Assembly: GCA_021613535.1 (NCBI GenBank)
Contig: CP075492.1
Span: 16,430,001 to 16,494,000, forward strand
Length of the DNA: 64,000 nucleotides
Direction of reading: 5' to 3'
Source of the DNA: Adineta vaga
Lineage: Eukaryota; Animalia; Rotifera
The notes beneath the pieces are model-generated. The model saw only the letters and a program-made list of their open reading frames with translations, did no database searches and was not told the DNA's origin. Position numbers and translations under genes: made by a program. Positions 23,456-37,200 of the stretch are shown here, in pieces (within the stretch, counting starts at the first letter, position 1; each line of letters begins with the position of its first letter).

Positions 23456-24409
23456 ACATGGGAAAAAACCATGCTCAAATTGTTATAATTAAGAAATTTC
23501 AAATGAGGCTCAAATTCCGACATGTGATTGGTTCTAGCCATTCTCGACGACGACTAGATTTCCGAGAAGGTTTCTGCAAAATAAAGATACAAGTCAGTTG
23601 TTTATAAAAATCACAGCGTGTAGCAGAAATATACCACTTGTCAGTATTATCACATAATGTAACAGATCATTTAATGTTCACTGCGAAATAAGATGACGAA
23701 CATCAAATGATCAAGTGAACTTAGTCTCTCTCTAGAGAGAGAAGCTAAAATGTTTTTTCCAATTTGTATTCGGTGCTTTTCGTTGTATTTAATTTTCGAC
23801 GAAAATATAGTCATGTCCATCTTTGCTTTATTTTTGTTCGTTCTGTTGAGAATGATAGACAAAATGTTATCTATAACTAAAAGTAACGCCCAAATATTGG
23901 AAGAAAAAATAATATGCGCAATAAATGACACAAAAAGACTTTAGTCGCCGAATGATGAAGGTGTAAAATAAGACAAAAATAGAAAACAGATTTTTCGCAT
24001 GATAACAGAATGACCAATATATTCATGGGAAGTGACGCATCGTGATATTTTTAAATAGAAAAAAATGGTACCCTAGTTTCCAACATATTTTTTATGAATT
24101 GACTGATGATGACGTCGCTGTTGATTTATATCTCCGAATTCTGAAAGTATATATACGGGTCAATCCGTAAGCAATGCCTCATTAAAAAAAGTTTATGTCT
24201 CTACTTCACTTTAATCAAATAACTTGATTTTCTGGTAATTGATAGAACCTTACTTAACATTTTTTTTCTTACAGTGAATGTAAGTATATACTACTATCAG
24301 GTACTGAGGTTGGTTTCATCGGAGAAATCGCATCTATTTCCAAATAAGAAAATAAACCTGAAACATTTGGTAGAGTTTTCATTTGTTGTTTGAGAGAATA
24401 TAAAATATT

Positions 24410-24728
24410 CTATATACATAATCTTTATTTAGAAGTCTGAAAAGTTTTATCAGGATCTACTATAGCTACTGAGGGTGAAGTCTCAGAGTGTATCAAACAT
24501 GATTTAGGTAAGGGTGAAAGCTTGATGTCATTTTAGACTTTAGTCCAAAAGACCCTGTGAGTAGGGTTCGTCGGGTGAGCGTCCGATCTATACCTGAAGC
24601 TGGAGAATAATTTTAATATATTGAGTGTAAACCCGCGTTCAGATATAACATTTTTTGGTCTCGACGGGGTCTACCTGTAGATCCTGATAAAAAGTCTCAG
24701 GCTTTTAAATAAATATTATATATATACT
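24410..24728. mobile_element. MITE-like inverted-repeat element
   Basis: TTTATTAGAAGTCTGAAAAGTTTTATCAGGATCTAC pairs with GTAGATCCTGATAAAAAGTCTCAGGCTTTTAAATAAA; no ORF. Confidence 0.6.
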
Positions 24729-24973
24729 CTAAATTATTTTGTAACTCATTTCCGTCATGAACTCCTTTTATCAAAAAAACCTGGCTCATATGAACTGTAT
24801 AGTGTAAAAATTCTAATTGTTTTTATGATCTAATTATTTATGAGACACCGTGTAGAAGGTAGTATTCTTCCGTCCGAAGACGAAAGATGATGAATTATGG
24901 GCAATCAGCGAGCGTTCTCTTCTTCTTTAGATATTCAAACTATTTTAATATATTCGCTAGTGCTATCACCAAA

Positions 24974-27506
24974 ATGGTAAGCATTCTTCTCAGTTCAGAT
25001 GACAAAAAAATCAAGTATGGTGACCTGCCTAAGACACTTATCAAACTCCTTTACGGTGTTCACGATTTGGATGTTGCACTTGTACGATTCGACGCAATTT
25101 ATTCTGACAAAGTGAGCGGAATGGATGACATGCTGTCCGAGTTCGATGGTCACATCGGTGATTGTGGTTGTCAACTACGAGCTCAGATGCTTTGGAGTAT
25201 TACAGAACACTACCGCGAATCGAAAAGTCGTGAATGGATCGGCAATGTCGTTCAAACACTTCAACATATCAAAAATAAAATTATTGCCATGTACTGTGAT
25301 ATTCGTCGAGTAAAGAGTGATAATCAATTCTTGGGTTTCCCTTCATCAATTCCACTCATTGATATTTTGACCGTATTGAGTGCAAATCTCTGTTCGCAAT
25401 ACTTGACGATTATTCATCTAAAACTGATTCAGATGACGAGTTTGTTGTCTCTACAGCTTCCAATCATAATATCACCTGTCATTCAAACAATATAGGTGAG
25501 AAATCATCTGGCATTCGCCTGAATAAACGGGAGCGTCGTCGAACAGCCAAAGCCGATAAATGGAACTTGTCCGATTATCGTATGGTAGCTCGGTTTCTAT
25601 CCTACTGTCGGATTTTATCACTTAACAAAAAGGCTGTTCTTGAGCCTGGTGCCACTCGCATTCGTAGTCGACTTGATCCTCTGTTTGCTGCTGCTGTAAC
25701 CAAGAAACAACTTGATGATCTGAATCTCATCCATGATGGCCCCTTATCAAACTTTCTCACGCGCGACGATCAGCCCACTCGTACAGGGCTCGTCCGTGAG
25801 ATCGAAAATATGCAAGTATATGTTTCACAACTTACTTGTGATTGGTTAACCAAATTGTCTCTCGAGATGGGTCTCGCACAACCCATTCAAAAGTAATCTA
25901 TTCATTCCCCTCTGACATTTTATATTCATCTGTTTATTTAACAGGCTTCTCAAAAGCAGTGTTCGAATTTCATCGCGTCTACTTCATTGCATTTCGGCAT
26001 ACGCATCTATTCTCGTCATACGCATTGAGTGGCTAGTCAAACACACTCCACTTTTCCTTGTAGTTCGTCGTTTCTGCACTCATGGTACGTAGTTCAGTTT
26101 TATTCTTACATAATCTCTAGTTTTCATGCACGCTTTCATATGACTCGTAATTCCCTGAGATTGAAACTGCATTCCTTAGTAAAATCGCTAACATTACCTA
26201 TTGTTATCCTTCATCAATACTTTTTGTAACTTTATGATATATACCGTTTCACTCGATGGACTAATGCTAATACGTTTTTCCTTCGTTCATTTGCAAGTTT
26301 GTACTTGTATACAATTTCTCGAATTATTTATATGTACAGATTTAGTACGTAACTTACATTAACAGTAATTGTTTCACACAATTAATCTTCCTTGTGAGGC
26401 AGTCTTCAATTTTTAACGTCAGATATTTCAGTATCGTTCAACACTTCTTTCGCATACCTTTTTCTAAATCGCATGTAGTGGAAGTATTTTTATCGTAGAA
26501 AAGTGACAATATGATCCTTTGATTATCAGTGCTCCTTTATCACAGTTTGAAACGCTACTGACATAACCTAACTATTTTATTTTATTTCGTCGCATGATAT
26601 TGTCTAGTATGTTCAAAGATTTATTTTAACGATCGTTCATGAAAAATAACAAGTCATGATCGGTTTCGACCTTGCTTAAGAGTCTCAAGCAAGACTGAAA
26701 CCGGTCAAAGCTACTTATTCTTATTTCGAGTGTATTCTGTTTTGAAATGAATCGTATACTGTTATATATTATCTATTTGATATCAAATAATCTGACATGT
26801 ATATTGTTCTTGTCTTTTACTAGGCTACCATAACATATTCTATCGCGTCTCGATTAATTCCGATGCAGTTCATTCCAAAATTAAAGCTATTCGTCAAGAC
26901 AACTCTAAGATTGTTGAATTTGGTAGTGCCGATTGGTTTAATCTTACCTTAGTTCATCTGGACTCAATTCTTAATCAAGATTGGAGCTATCAACCTCACG
27001 TGATTCTCATATCGAATTCTATCAATGGTAACATGGATGATTTTTACATTCGGATGGGTAACACCAGTCATTTCGGACCTCATACTAGTTCATGTTCTGA
27101 GTTCGAGGACTTTGTCACGAATGAATTCGCCAAAATTAATTTTTCACAGGCTATCATGCATTTCTTTGGCGCTCACGACCAATATCCATTCGAGCTACCC
27201 GGCAATGAGTCTGAGTTTGATGTAATCGAGAAAATTGTTGATTCGACTCTTGGTCGCGAGGCAGCCACAATCTACCGTCGGACAGTGGACGAAGCTCAAT
27301 GTTATAGAGGACAATATACTGCTCTCGGTCTCTTGAATTTTCAACACATCTTTACAGAGCTACCCGTCGTCGTTGTTCGCCAGACGGAATATATAACATT
27401 GAAAAATGAAAGGCCATCTCTGTACGGTTATCGATGGACTGACATTGCAGCTACAATGTTACACCAGACTGCAGTGCGAAGTGAATTGTATCAACTGAAA
27501 ACATGA
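24974..27506 (+). CDS. Uncharacterised multi-exon protein (about 500-550 aa)
   Basis: Open coding segments at ~24974-25372, ~25433-25892, 25946-26084 and 26824-27506. The last three join in frame through GT-AG introns; the first junction is not exactly resolved. Motif-like segments GHIGDCGCQLRA, HFFGAHDQYPF and FQHIFTE. Confidence 0.7.
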
Positions 27507-29404
27507 ATCATGTGCATATGAAAGATAAAACTTAAAGTTTTAATCTTAAATGTTGTCTCTTATTAATCAATTTTTTTTGTCACATTAAAATGATTCTTTT
27601 CGTTCTAAGTAAGGTTTTAATAAAAATAAATAATGAAGAATATGTACTTAACTCTGATACGCTCACCTGTGATCCACACAAACTCAATTAGTTTCATTTC
27701 AATATTTTACACATATAACAGCAGATCATATTTCATCTCTTTAAGATATACTCTAATGAAGAGTATTAGAACATATTATTGATAGCAATCGCTTATCTTT
27801 CCATCCATAAAGCCTTAAAAAGTTGTCCAGTGCAAGGATCTGTTGAAATAAGGGTATATTGAAGTAAATATGGTTGATTACCATGAGAATCAGCCATAAG
27901 GATTTTTTGTTCGACAAATAAAATTGACTTGATCTGGAATTATCCACATAGGGTTTCATAAACTACGAACGACGGTATTTTGTTCTACGGTTGTTCATAA
28001 AGGGTTTCGTTATTTGAAGTCAAGGATATTTTAATCTACGATTCTGGCAAATCAACTTTTATTATCCAAATAAGTAAAGTGTTCACTACCTTTTCCTGAA
28101 CAATACACCGCTGTGATGTTATTTAAAATAACAGACACCGTGTATTACATATGAACAGAAGTTTTCAAGTGATTTCCCTGTTAAAATCATTATATATAGT
28201 GAAGCTCTTATCAAAGATCTGACTGAAACAGAGATCTTTCATTTAATCACATGACTCCTTCGTACACACACATTGACCACATCGGAGTCATACGAACCAA
28301 GGTACATCATAACCTTGTCAGCATGCTATCGCTCAACCGTATCCTCGATCACACGAAACAACTATCTCCACTCCACTCGATTCAGTGAAATAAAACAAAT
28401 TGCGCTCTTTTCAAACAAAAGAAAAGTTTTTTATCAATTTCTTGAGATGTGGCGCTTTTTTCATACATATATGTATATATAGGTTTTAATTAATGATTCT
28501 TTATTTTTCGTTTATGACAAGAAGCACAATTTTCTTTTTATTGTAAGATATCGATGTTCACTTCGTATACTTGGTTCTTTCTTATAAGAAATAATTACTT
28601 CTTTGTTGACTAAGGAAACCGATGCACCGATTTTAGATTAGTTCGAATATACATACGATTTCGACTTTTTATCGAAGACATGAATGGAAATTAAATCTCA
28701 TTTTACTTTACTGAAGTCATAAGAAATTAAGTTCTTTTTCATTTAGAACGCAATCGAAAGGTCATTCCTCATTTTTCAAGTTGTAATATACCCTGTGGTC
28801 CAAATCATCATAGAGTCGTTTGTAATGTAGTTTGTAAAACATTTCAAAAACAAACAAAAAAACAAATTGTGAGAGAATTTTCGAGAAATAAAAGATAAAA
28901 AACTGAATAAGTTTCTTTTTTTATGGGTCATTAATGCTAAAACATATTGATCACATACTGCATAGTATTAGTATAGTATATTACTTACAACGTCTATTGT
29001 ATTCTATGCTTCCACTTTGGGAATTACACGCACCTCAGATAGGTAACAAGTGATAGTCCTTCAGATGGATACATGAAGGTTAAAAACACGTTTCGAAGAT
29101 CAATTTTGATTCCAGTTTTAGAAGGAAAAAAACTAAAGCTCTAAGTCTTATAGTTTAGGAAGTGTATGGCGCATGTTTTTCGCTTTTCCATGAAAACTTG
29201 CTTTAAGATTATTTTTCTTCAATTAATAATTCAGTCGATAGTCAAGCGAGTCACCCATCAAGAAAAGTTCTGCAATGTCTATTTATAACATAATTCCTCT
29301 ATATCTCTTTATATATTCACGGATGGATGCAAATGAGAGCAATCATAATATCACCAAAAAGAATGGTTGTTAGAAAGAGTATCTGAAATGTCAATAATCA
29401 AGAT

Positions 29405-29578
29405 CTTGCAGCGATTTCGGCGATAGCACCTTTCAGCGATGCTTTTTTCGGCGATAACATCTTGCAGCGATGTTTTTTCCGCGATATCACCTTTCAGCGA
29501 TGCTTTTTTCGGCGATAACATCTTTCAGCGATGTTTTTTCCGCGATATCACCTTTCAGCGATGTTATTTTCGGCGATG
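29405..29578. repeat. Minisatellite with ~15/30 bp period (TTTCAGCGATGTTTTTTCGGCGATAACACC-like)
   Basis: About 12 GCGAT-anchored units in tandem; related runs at ~44925-44985 (reverse) and ~45912-45998. Confidence 0.85.
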
Positions 29579-30521
29579 AAGATTTCATCCGTTTTCGCGG
29601 AATGTCGATGTATTTACATACTGCATACTTGAATATGACCCATTATTCATACAGCAAATATTTTATGAGAAAATGAAGGATGATATATTGTATTGGCTGT
29701 TATCAGTTGTTCTTTTAACTTTCAAGACAAAAGCGCAAAGTCAATACAAAGGTGAAGAAAGTGATGGTGAATCAGTGATAGAGTTAGGAGATATCAAAAA
29801 ATACCTGACTCATCTCGACTTGTACGAGTCAAGTTTCGACTGAAACAGGGAATATGTGAAAGCATATTTTTTTAATAGAATACATAAATTAAAAAAATGA
29901 ACAAAGCATTCAAGAATGATGGTTTCATAATAGCAGACGTATATTCTCTAGGAGTCGATGAAAATTATGGAAGTATAGAACATAAAATAGGCGTGGAAAT
30001 ATCGAATGGATGTTATACTGAACCATCGTCAGTTAAATCGATCGACATACTCGTCCGAATAATCGTTGAAACTTATAACAGAAGTTGGTTGATCACTAGT
30101 GAAATCTGAGTACAAAGAGAATCAGAGTCATTTTAGAATTCTTTGTATGCCTTGATTATCTATATATGTCCGTGATTAGTTAATATATTGCGGTCTGATC
30201 ACTTTCGAGATGAACAACGGTATATTGAATATAACAATGAGAGAAAGTACATGGACGTGTCATTTATTTTGATCTATTTATCACCATCAGTTCATCCATG
30301 TTAACGTATTCATTGTATTATTTTGCTCGTCATATTGAAAAGATCGAGTCCATCGAGTTGCCGAGTATTCAACGAGCGTTGATATCAATTTACAGATGTG
30401 GGATGCTGGTGTAAATATTGACGGGCAACTAATTCAATTGATAAATCTTGTTTAAATTTGAACTCTATGAATAAGATAGAACCTAATGAGATATGAAAAA
30501 CCTCAAAATGATACATCTACA

Positions 30522-30974
30522 TACTCTGAAAAAAAGACCTTTGCTGAACCCACGAAAAAGGTTCTGTAGAAGACCAAAAGCTTCCATTTGAGTCAAAAGT
30601 TTCAAAAAACAGAACATCAAAATGAGCAGAACCTTTTATGGTTCTGAATTTTACCAGCGGGCCGAATCCTCTGCTACAGAACCTTTTTTCAGGTTCCGTA
30701 GAGTAAAATGGATCTTGCAGTATCTGAACCATTAGGGTTCAGTACGGAATCATCAGGATTTCGAAATAAACCCTTGTAGTTCTGTAGAATTTGATCTGAA
30801 TCCCCGAAGGTTTCAGTATTCTCCTACGAAACTCTTTCCTGCTCTCCGGAACCTGAAAAAAGGTTCTGTCTAATTTGATGTTTGGTTTTTTGAAACTTTT
30901 GACCCAAATGGAAGCTTTTGGTCTTCTACAGAACCTTTTTTGTGGGTTCAGAAAAGCTCCTTTTTTTCTGAGTA
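30522..30974. mobile_element. Foldback/MITE with >100 bp terminal inverted repeats
   Basis: TACTCTGAAAAAAAG..CTGAACCCACGAAAAAGGTTCTGTAGAAGACCAAAAGCTTCCATTTG is mirrored by CAAATGGAAGCTTTTGGTCTTCTACAGAACC..GTGGGTTCAG..TTTTTCTGAGTA. Confidence 0.9.
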
Positions 30975-31134
30975 CTGACTGCATCGAGGCATCGCACATT
31001 CTCATGTTTTTTAGGTATACATCAAATCCGAATCGAATTCGGCCGCATACGTTATTCTAGACTATGGCATGATATGTTTTCATAAAAGATTCCTTTTCTA
31101 TGTCGAATTATAAATGAAAAATATTCCTCCGACT

Positions 31135-31280
31135 GTAGGGTGGGTGGGTGTGACAAAGAACTGAATCGTTTCCTCGTAGATAAAGTTGCTAGATAAATTC
31201 ATCTCATTTTTGGCACAGGCAGAAAATACTTGTCTTCCACAGTCGAGGGTAAAGTGAGTCGGCACGACCAGCTTTACATG
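31135..31280 (-). repeat. ~150 bp element, copy 2, upstream of the second P450
   Basis: AGGGTGGGTGGGTGTG...ATAAAGTTGCTAGA...AAAATAC...CAGTCGAGGGTAAAGTGAGTCGG. Confidence 0.85.
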
Positions 31281-31602
31281 CCGAATACTGAGAAATCCAT
31301 GTAACTGGAGACAACCGCCGTTACATATTTTTTCTTATCTCATAGTCGGAGAAAGTTTTTGTTTTCTCTTGCTTTTCTTGCGTAAGAGTTTCGACTCACC
31401 ACTACTGTTGACTCACTTTATTGTTCGTTATCATTTCTCTTCTGCTCATTGATAGTATAGCAAAATAGGAACAAATAATGAATAAGTAAATACGATGTGA
31501 CAAATTAAATATTGCTATTGAGAATATGCGTATATCCATACCTCTATATAACTGGAAACAAGTAGCTCTTTATGCTTATAGATATTTTTTTACATTTATA
31601 AG

Positions 31603-33353
31603 ATGTTTTTCGAGATATGTCTTACTCTCGTATTAGTGATCCTGTACGGAATTTACGTGAAACACCGATATTTTACCCTTCATGGCTCTCTGCCTGGTTT
31701 GTCACCCCACGTATTCTTTGGAAATTTGATTCAAGCGGGTGTACTATTTCGTAATGTGTCAGTGCCTAATGCTTTGCGTGAGTTCAAAGCCCGATATGGA
31801 GATGTTTTCCAGTTTTGGCTCGGATCTTCGCGTTTAATTATCGTCAGTGGTGTTAATGATGTGCAACACGTACTCACCCATCGACACATCTACGATAAAG
31901 GTGCCTTATCGACTCGAACATTTAGTATTCTCTTTCCCGATGCGATAGTCTGTAGCAAAGGTCTGTCGATTTTCTATTAAGACAGGAATCTCTTATGTTC
32001 TGATTTTCAGGTGCAAAATACAAGCGTCATGCTTCCTACATTCTGACCTTATTTCGTCGTACAAAGATCATAGCTAATTTAGATTTGATGGTCGATCATG
32101 TTGATAAATTATTAGTCACATGGCGTGCTAATGACACTGGCATAGTTCATCAAAACATTCTCCAGCAGTGTCAATATCTCGTACTTGGTATCTTTGGTTT
32201 CATAGCTTTTGACTATGACCTAGAAATACTTGATGGCAAAGATGGTACTGGAAATGAACTCACACAAGCTTTACAAGACTTTGTATCCGCATTCCAATTT
32301 CTTCTTTTTACGCCACCATTTATCGGTAATCTCTATTTGAAACTGAATCCCCGATATCGTCGTGCTAGAGAGATTATCAAACGATATCTGTATCGAATAA
32401 TCGAACAAGAATCGACCGAGAGTGAAGAATCGCTGGCAAGCCGAAAGAGAACATGTTTCATTGCTTCATTGGTCACCTCACTGCAAAAAGACGAAAGCTT
32501 GGAAGCCAACAAATCTGAAGACGATAAAAAAGGTAACATACTATACCATGAACGATAGTACTTAAACTTTTCAATATTTATGTAAATGGGCTTGATCAAG
32601 AGTCTTTACATAAGAAGTATAAATAATAGAGTATTCGTCTGAGATAAACTCATCTTCAAAATTTCTTTCCTCCAAATTATTCCACGATTGTGTTTTGTAT
32701 ATAAACAGTATTTCTTTGCAGGTCTATCTCGTCAAGAAGTATTGGATGAGATGCTTCTCTTTCTTGTGGCTGGCTTCGAAACGACTGCGACCGCACTAGC
32801 TTGGTTTATTCATCTCATGAGTAAAAACTCGCGAGTGCAACACAAAATTAAAGCAGAATTGGCATCTAATGGTGGCAATACACAAGACCTCACATTAGAT
32901 CGTCTTGACTCATTAGTCTATTTAGATTGTGTTGTCAATGAAGTTTTTCGTTTTTGTCCACCACTTCTAGCAGCAGTTCGCACAGTGGGCATTGATGACG
33001 TTCTACCTGAGAGTGGGGCTCAGCTCCATGAAGGAGATGAAATACTCATTCCGATTCACAATCTTGCGAGAGATTCTCGTCTCTGGTCGATTGATCCTGA
33101 TCTCTTCTATCCTGAGAGATTTCTCGAAGCAGACAAGAATCACCATCCCTATGCACTTATTCCATTTAGTACTGGTCATCGTCAGTGTATAGGTCAAGAT
33201 CTCGCTCGTTTTGAACTAAAAGTATTGGCAGCAAGGTTGATGCAAAACGTAACATTCAGTGATGGTGGTCCTCAGGTGAATTCAGGTGGACATTTTGTAA
33301 GAGTCTCCGTCATGCCCAAACAAATTGGCGTCAAAATTAACTTTGACTATTGA
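31603..33353 (+). CDS. Cytochrome P450, canonical microsomal type, 3 exons
   Basis: Exons 31603-31960, 32011-32532 and 32722-33353; TM anchor, AGFETT, EVFR, PERF, FSTGHRQCIG. Confidence 0.95.
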
Positions 33354-33687
33354 ACACTTTTTCCTACGAATAATCTTACACTATACTCTAAATATGTACG
33401 CTAATTTTTAATCTATAAACAAACGACAGCACAGTTTGTACATTAGGACTACGAATGCAACAAGACGATTTCTTATTTTTAAAAGTTTCATGCAATATGA
33501 GAAATTACAGAGATAACAAATGCTTCCTCATCATCATCAAATAAATATATTTCAAAATCATTCGAAACAGTACCTAAAGATAAAACTATTTCTTCACCAC
33601 CTAAAACTACTTCGAGTAAAATATTTTCTAAAATATCATCGCCGTCTGCATCAAGAGCTAGTAAACGTTATCAATCAAAATTCAAAA

Positions 33688-33750
33688 GAGGGCATGGGTG
33701 GGTGTGAGTGTGATTTATGAGTAAAGCCTGACCCACACCCACACCCTCAA
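33688..33750. repeat. Telomere-hexamer palindrome
   Basis: GAGGGCATGGGTGGGTGTGAGTG...ACCCACACCCACACCCTCAA. Confidence 0.8.
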
Positions 33751-34201
33751 GATGTTAGTTTTCGATAATCTCGTTTTCGACGAAGAGCATTATATTCTTA
33801 AGATTTTGCTTGCGTCTTTCTACCTAATTCCTGATATTTTCTATAAGAAACAACTGGAATTTGTCGGAAAATGCTTAGATTTTCCGATCCGGAAAACTGT
33901 TTCTATTTCAATTAATTTCCGAGGCTTTTCTACTGAAACCGATGATTTTCCCCCAAGCTTTCCAGCCGTTTCTGCAGGCTGGAATGACCTCCTGCGTTAT
34001 AATGATAATTGAAACATTTAAGGTAACTATCAATTGATCAACAATATAATGTTGATATGACTTTCAATAAAATTCACTTTATAAAGTATTTTACAGTTTG
34101 TTCTTTAAAACAGAATAACAAAAAAAATTAAATTCGTACAAAAAGTTGAAAAAATCAGATGAGCCGTAATAATAATACGAAAAAAATTTAAAAACAAAGA
34201 A

Positions 34202-37200
34202 TTAAAAATAGCTATCATTTGTTTCATCCGTATTTTCTGTTGTCTTTGTCTCAAGTCCCGCTGCTTTAAGGAGTTCTGAATATGTTCCTTGTGGATTAGC
34301 GGCCAATTGTTCATCAGTTCCTTCTTCTTTGACTTGTCCACCAACTAAGACAACTATTTTCTCACTATTTCTAATAGATGATAGACGATGCGTTACCATG
34401 ACACAAGTTCGATCTGCTCGTGTTTGATCAAAGTTACTCATGATTTTCTAAAACAATATTTGAAAAATTCTCAGTTGAAGCCGTTCTCTTTTTATATATT
34501 AAATGTTGTCAAACATACTTGTTCAACTTCAGCATTAAGTGCGGAATTTGCTTCATCAAAAAGAACTATTTTCGGATTACGAATAAGTGATCGTGCAATA
34601 CAAATTCGTTGTTTTTGACCACCAGCCAACTGACCTTGAGTGCTAGATCCACACATTGTATCATATCCCTAAATACCAATAAAAATAATTCCATATTATT
34701 TTCAAACATAAATCTTCAGTCACTACATTGTTTTTTCGTCTTATAATTCATAGAAGATATTAATGATATTATTATTATCTTATTTCAGTTATCATCCAGC
34801 GAAAACAAGCATACTTTTTGGGATTTCTGTACTTCAGAAATGTAGAAGTTTGCTGGTTCCCTCTTGACTATCGTATATAAAATGTTCCCTCGAGACCCTT
34901 ATGTTCTTCTGATCTTTGATCTCTCTTCTAATTAAAAATTACATAAATGTGACATAAACATAGTTTTATATATGACAAGTAAGAAAATAGGATACTAAAG
35001 TCTGAAGATAATCAATAGTCTACATTTTACAGTTGAAAATGAAAATTTATTTATTTATTTAATCACTGTAGTTTGTATTCCTTCAAAAACTCGAGACTAA
35101 CCTGTGCTAAGTTAATAATAGTATCATGAATATCAGCTTGTCGAGCAGCTTCATGAATTTCAGCATCTGTAAACTCTCGTGTTGTATCTCCATAGGCAAT
35201 GTTATCACGAATTGAAATATTAAAAAGAACAGGTTCTTGTTGTACAAGACCAATTATTGAACGAAACCATTGAACATTAAGTGTGCGTAAATCATGTCCA
35301 TCTAGTAACACTTCACCTTGTTGTGGATCGTAAAAACGTTCCAATAAGGCAATACATGTTGATTTACCTGATCCACTTGGACCAACAACTGCTGTTATGT
35401 CGCCTTTTTTACATCCGAAAGACAAATGTTTTAATGCACGTGTGTCCTTGCGCGATGGATATTCGAAAGAAACATTACGAAATTCGAGTCTACCACGAAC
35501 TCTTTGCTGAAAAATATTATTAATAGTTAGCTTTAAAGAAAATTTGCTTTTATGCTTAACAACAAACATTTTAAAGTATACTTTTTGACAAACAATTCAA
35601 AATCAGTTTATCTTACAAGAATATTGATAAATATCATTAAACTTAAAACTCTTCTTAAATTTTCTTTGAAATGAGGAGTAAAACTTACTAAAATTTGGCC
35701 TTCATTTTCATTATCTGGATCAATACATGATTTACGAGCATTTAAATCCATAATTCTGATTGCTGCTTCTTTTGCACGACTATAATTTGGTACCATACTT
35801 ACACTTCGACCAAATGCTATTGTAGCATATGTAATCACAGCAAAAACTCTAAATAATGCGATTTGTAAATGTTAAATAATAAGGTAAGAATGAGCATACT
35901 GAAATACTCCAACGTAAGTCATTTCTCGATCAATTACTAAACGAACACCATAGCCAAAAGCAGTTAATTGAATAAAAAACATTAATGTATTTGCAATTGC
36001 ATTACCAAATACAATTTTTTGACTTTGCCATAAAGATGATCTATTTTTTGTTAAAGATAAGAAGCAATATTATTTTAAACTGAGATCATTATAATTCTCT
36101 GTAAAATCCCTAGTCGCTAAGCTGAAAAACTCGCTAAACTTTTCATTTTGAATAAATTGAATAATTTTGTCTTATAACACGACTTTTATTTACGAACAGA
36201 GATTCAATGAGAGATAGAACTAAGCATGCAACGGTGACGATCAGTATTCAGCTGAAAGTATGTTATTCATCTAGGGATATGTAGTTTCAGTTTATTGATC
36301 ATCTGTGTCATCGACACTGATTGAGCTGAAACCACTGACAACACCGACACTATACGCACTAGAGCACTGGAAAAACTGAAACATGAACAGTTTTTGCTAT
36401 ACTATATTAGTAAACGTCGGTATCCCAGTTTTTTCGTGCTCTAGTGCATGCACTATTCCTGTTATCAGTGGTTTCACTGATATCCTTGTTGGTGACTAAC
36501 TTTTAGTATTTAACTATGTTCGTGGAGACTGCACATTCCTATATTTATCAATAAACACCCATACTATGGTATAAAAAGAATTTTTTAGAAGAAGTATGTT
36601 TTTTTTTAACAATAAATATTAGGAATATTCACTCTGTTTTCAACTTTTCTTTTTGCGAAAAATCTTTGTTTAAAAATATTTTCTTATTTATGCTTGCTAT
36701 TTGAAAATTGTAGTGTCTTGGCTCTATCAATGCAACAGTTTCTGTCTAGGATCGATTACCGGTAGAACGATTACTATTAGGGATAGTTATCGTCACCGTT
36801 TTATCCCTAGAAAGAATTTTTAAATGAACTGAAATGCTGAGATCGTTCCAAAAATACTGCTGAAACACTTTAATATTCTCGAAAAATCTGTTCGATCAGA
36901 TCAATGAATTTGAGACTACAAATAATTCCAATACCTTCCAGTAAAACTAATCAAATGTCTTGATTTATCTGAAATTATATTTACATTTTTTAAACTCTAT
37001 TCTATCAAAAATTAACATTTGGATAATAGGATCAAATTTTGCCAAAAGATAAGTCGTTTGTCTAACATGAAAAGTTCAATCATAAATCAACCTTACCGAA
37101 ATTCTTTATTGTAAGCGTCTTCATATAGTCCAATAAAATGATTTTGAATTCCAAGTGAAGCAACAGTACGAATGTGTTTGAGTGATTCAGTGGCATACTA

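Noticed and set aside
24154-24260. Possible Tc1/mariner terminus (TACGGGTCAATCC...)
   Set aside because: No partner TIR or transposase remnant found.
29405-29578. CRISPR-like array
   Set aside because: Units are contiguous with no unique spacers, there are no cas genes, and the context is eukaryotic.
30517-31060. Short ORFs inside the foldback element
   Set aside because: Mirror-image by-products of the palindrome; no transposase motifs.
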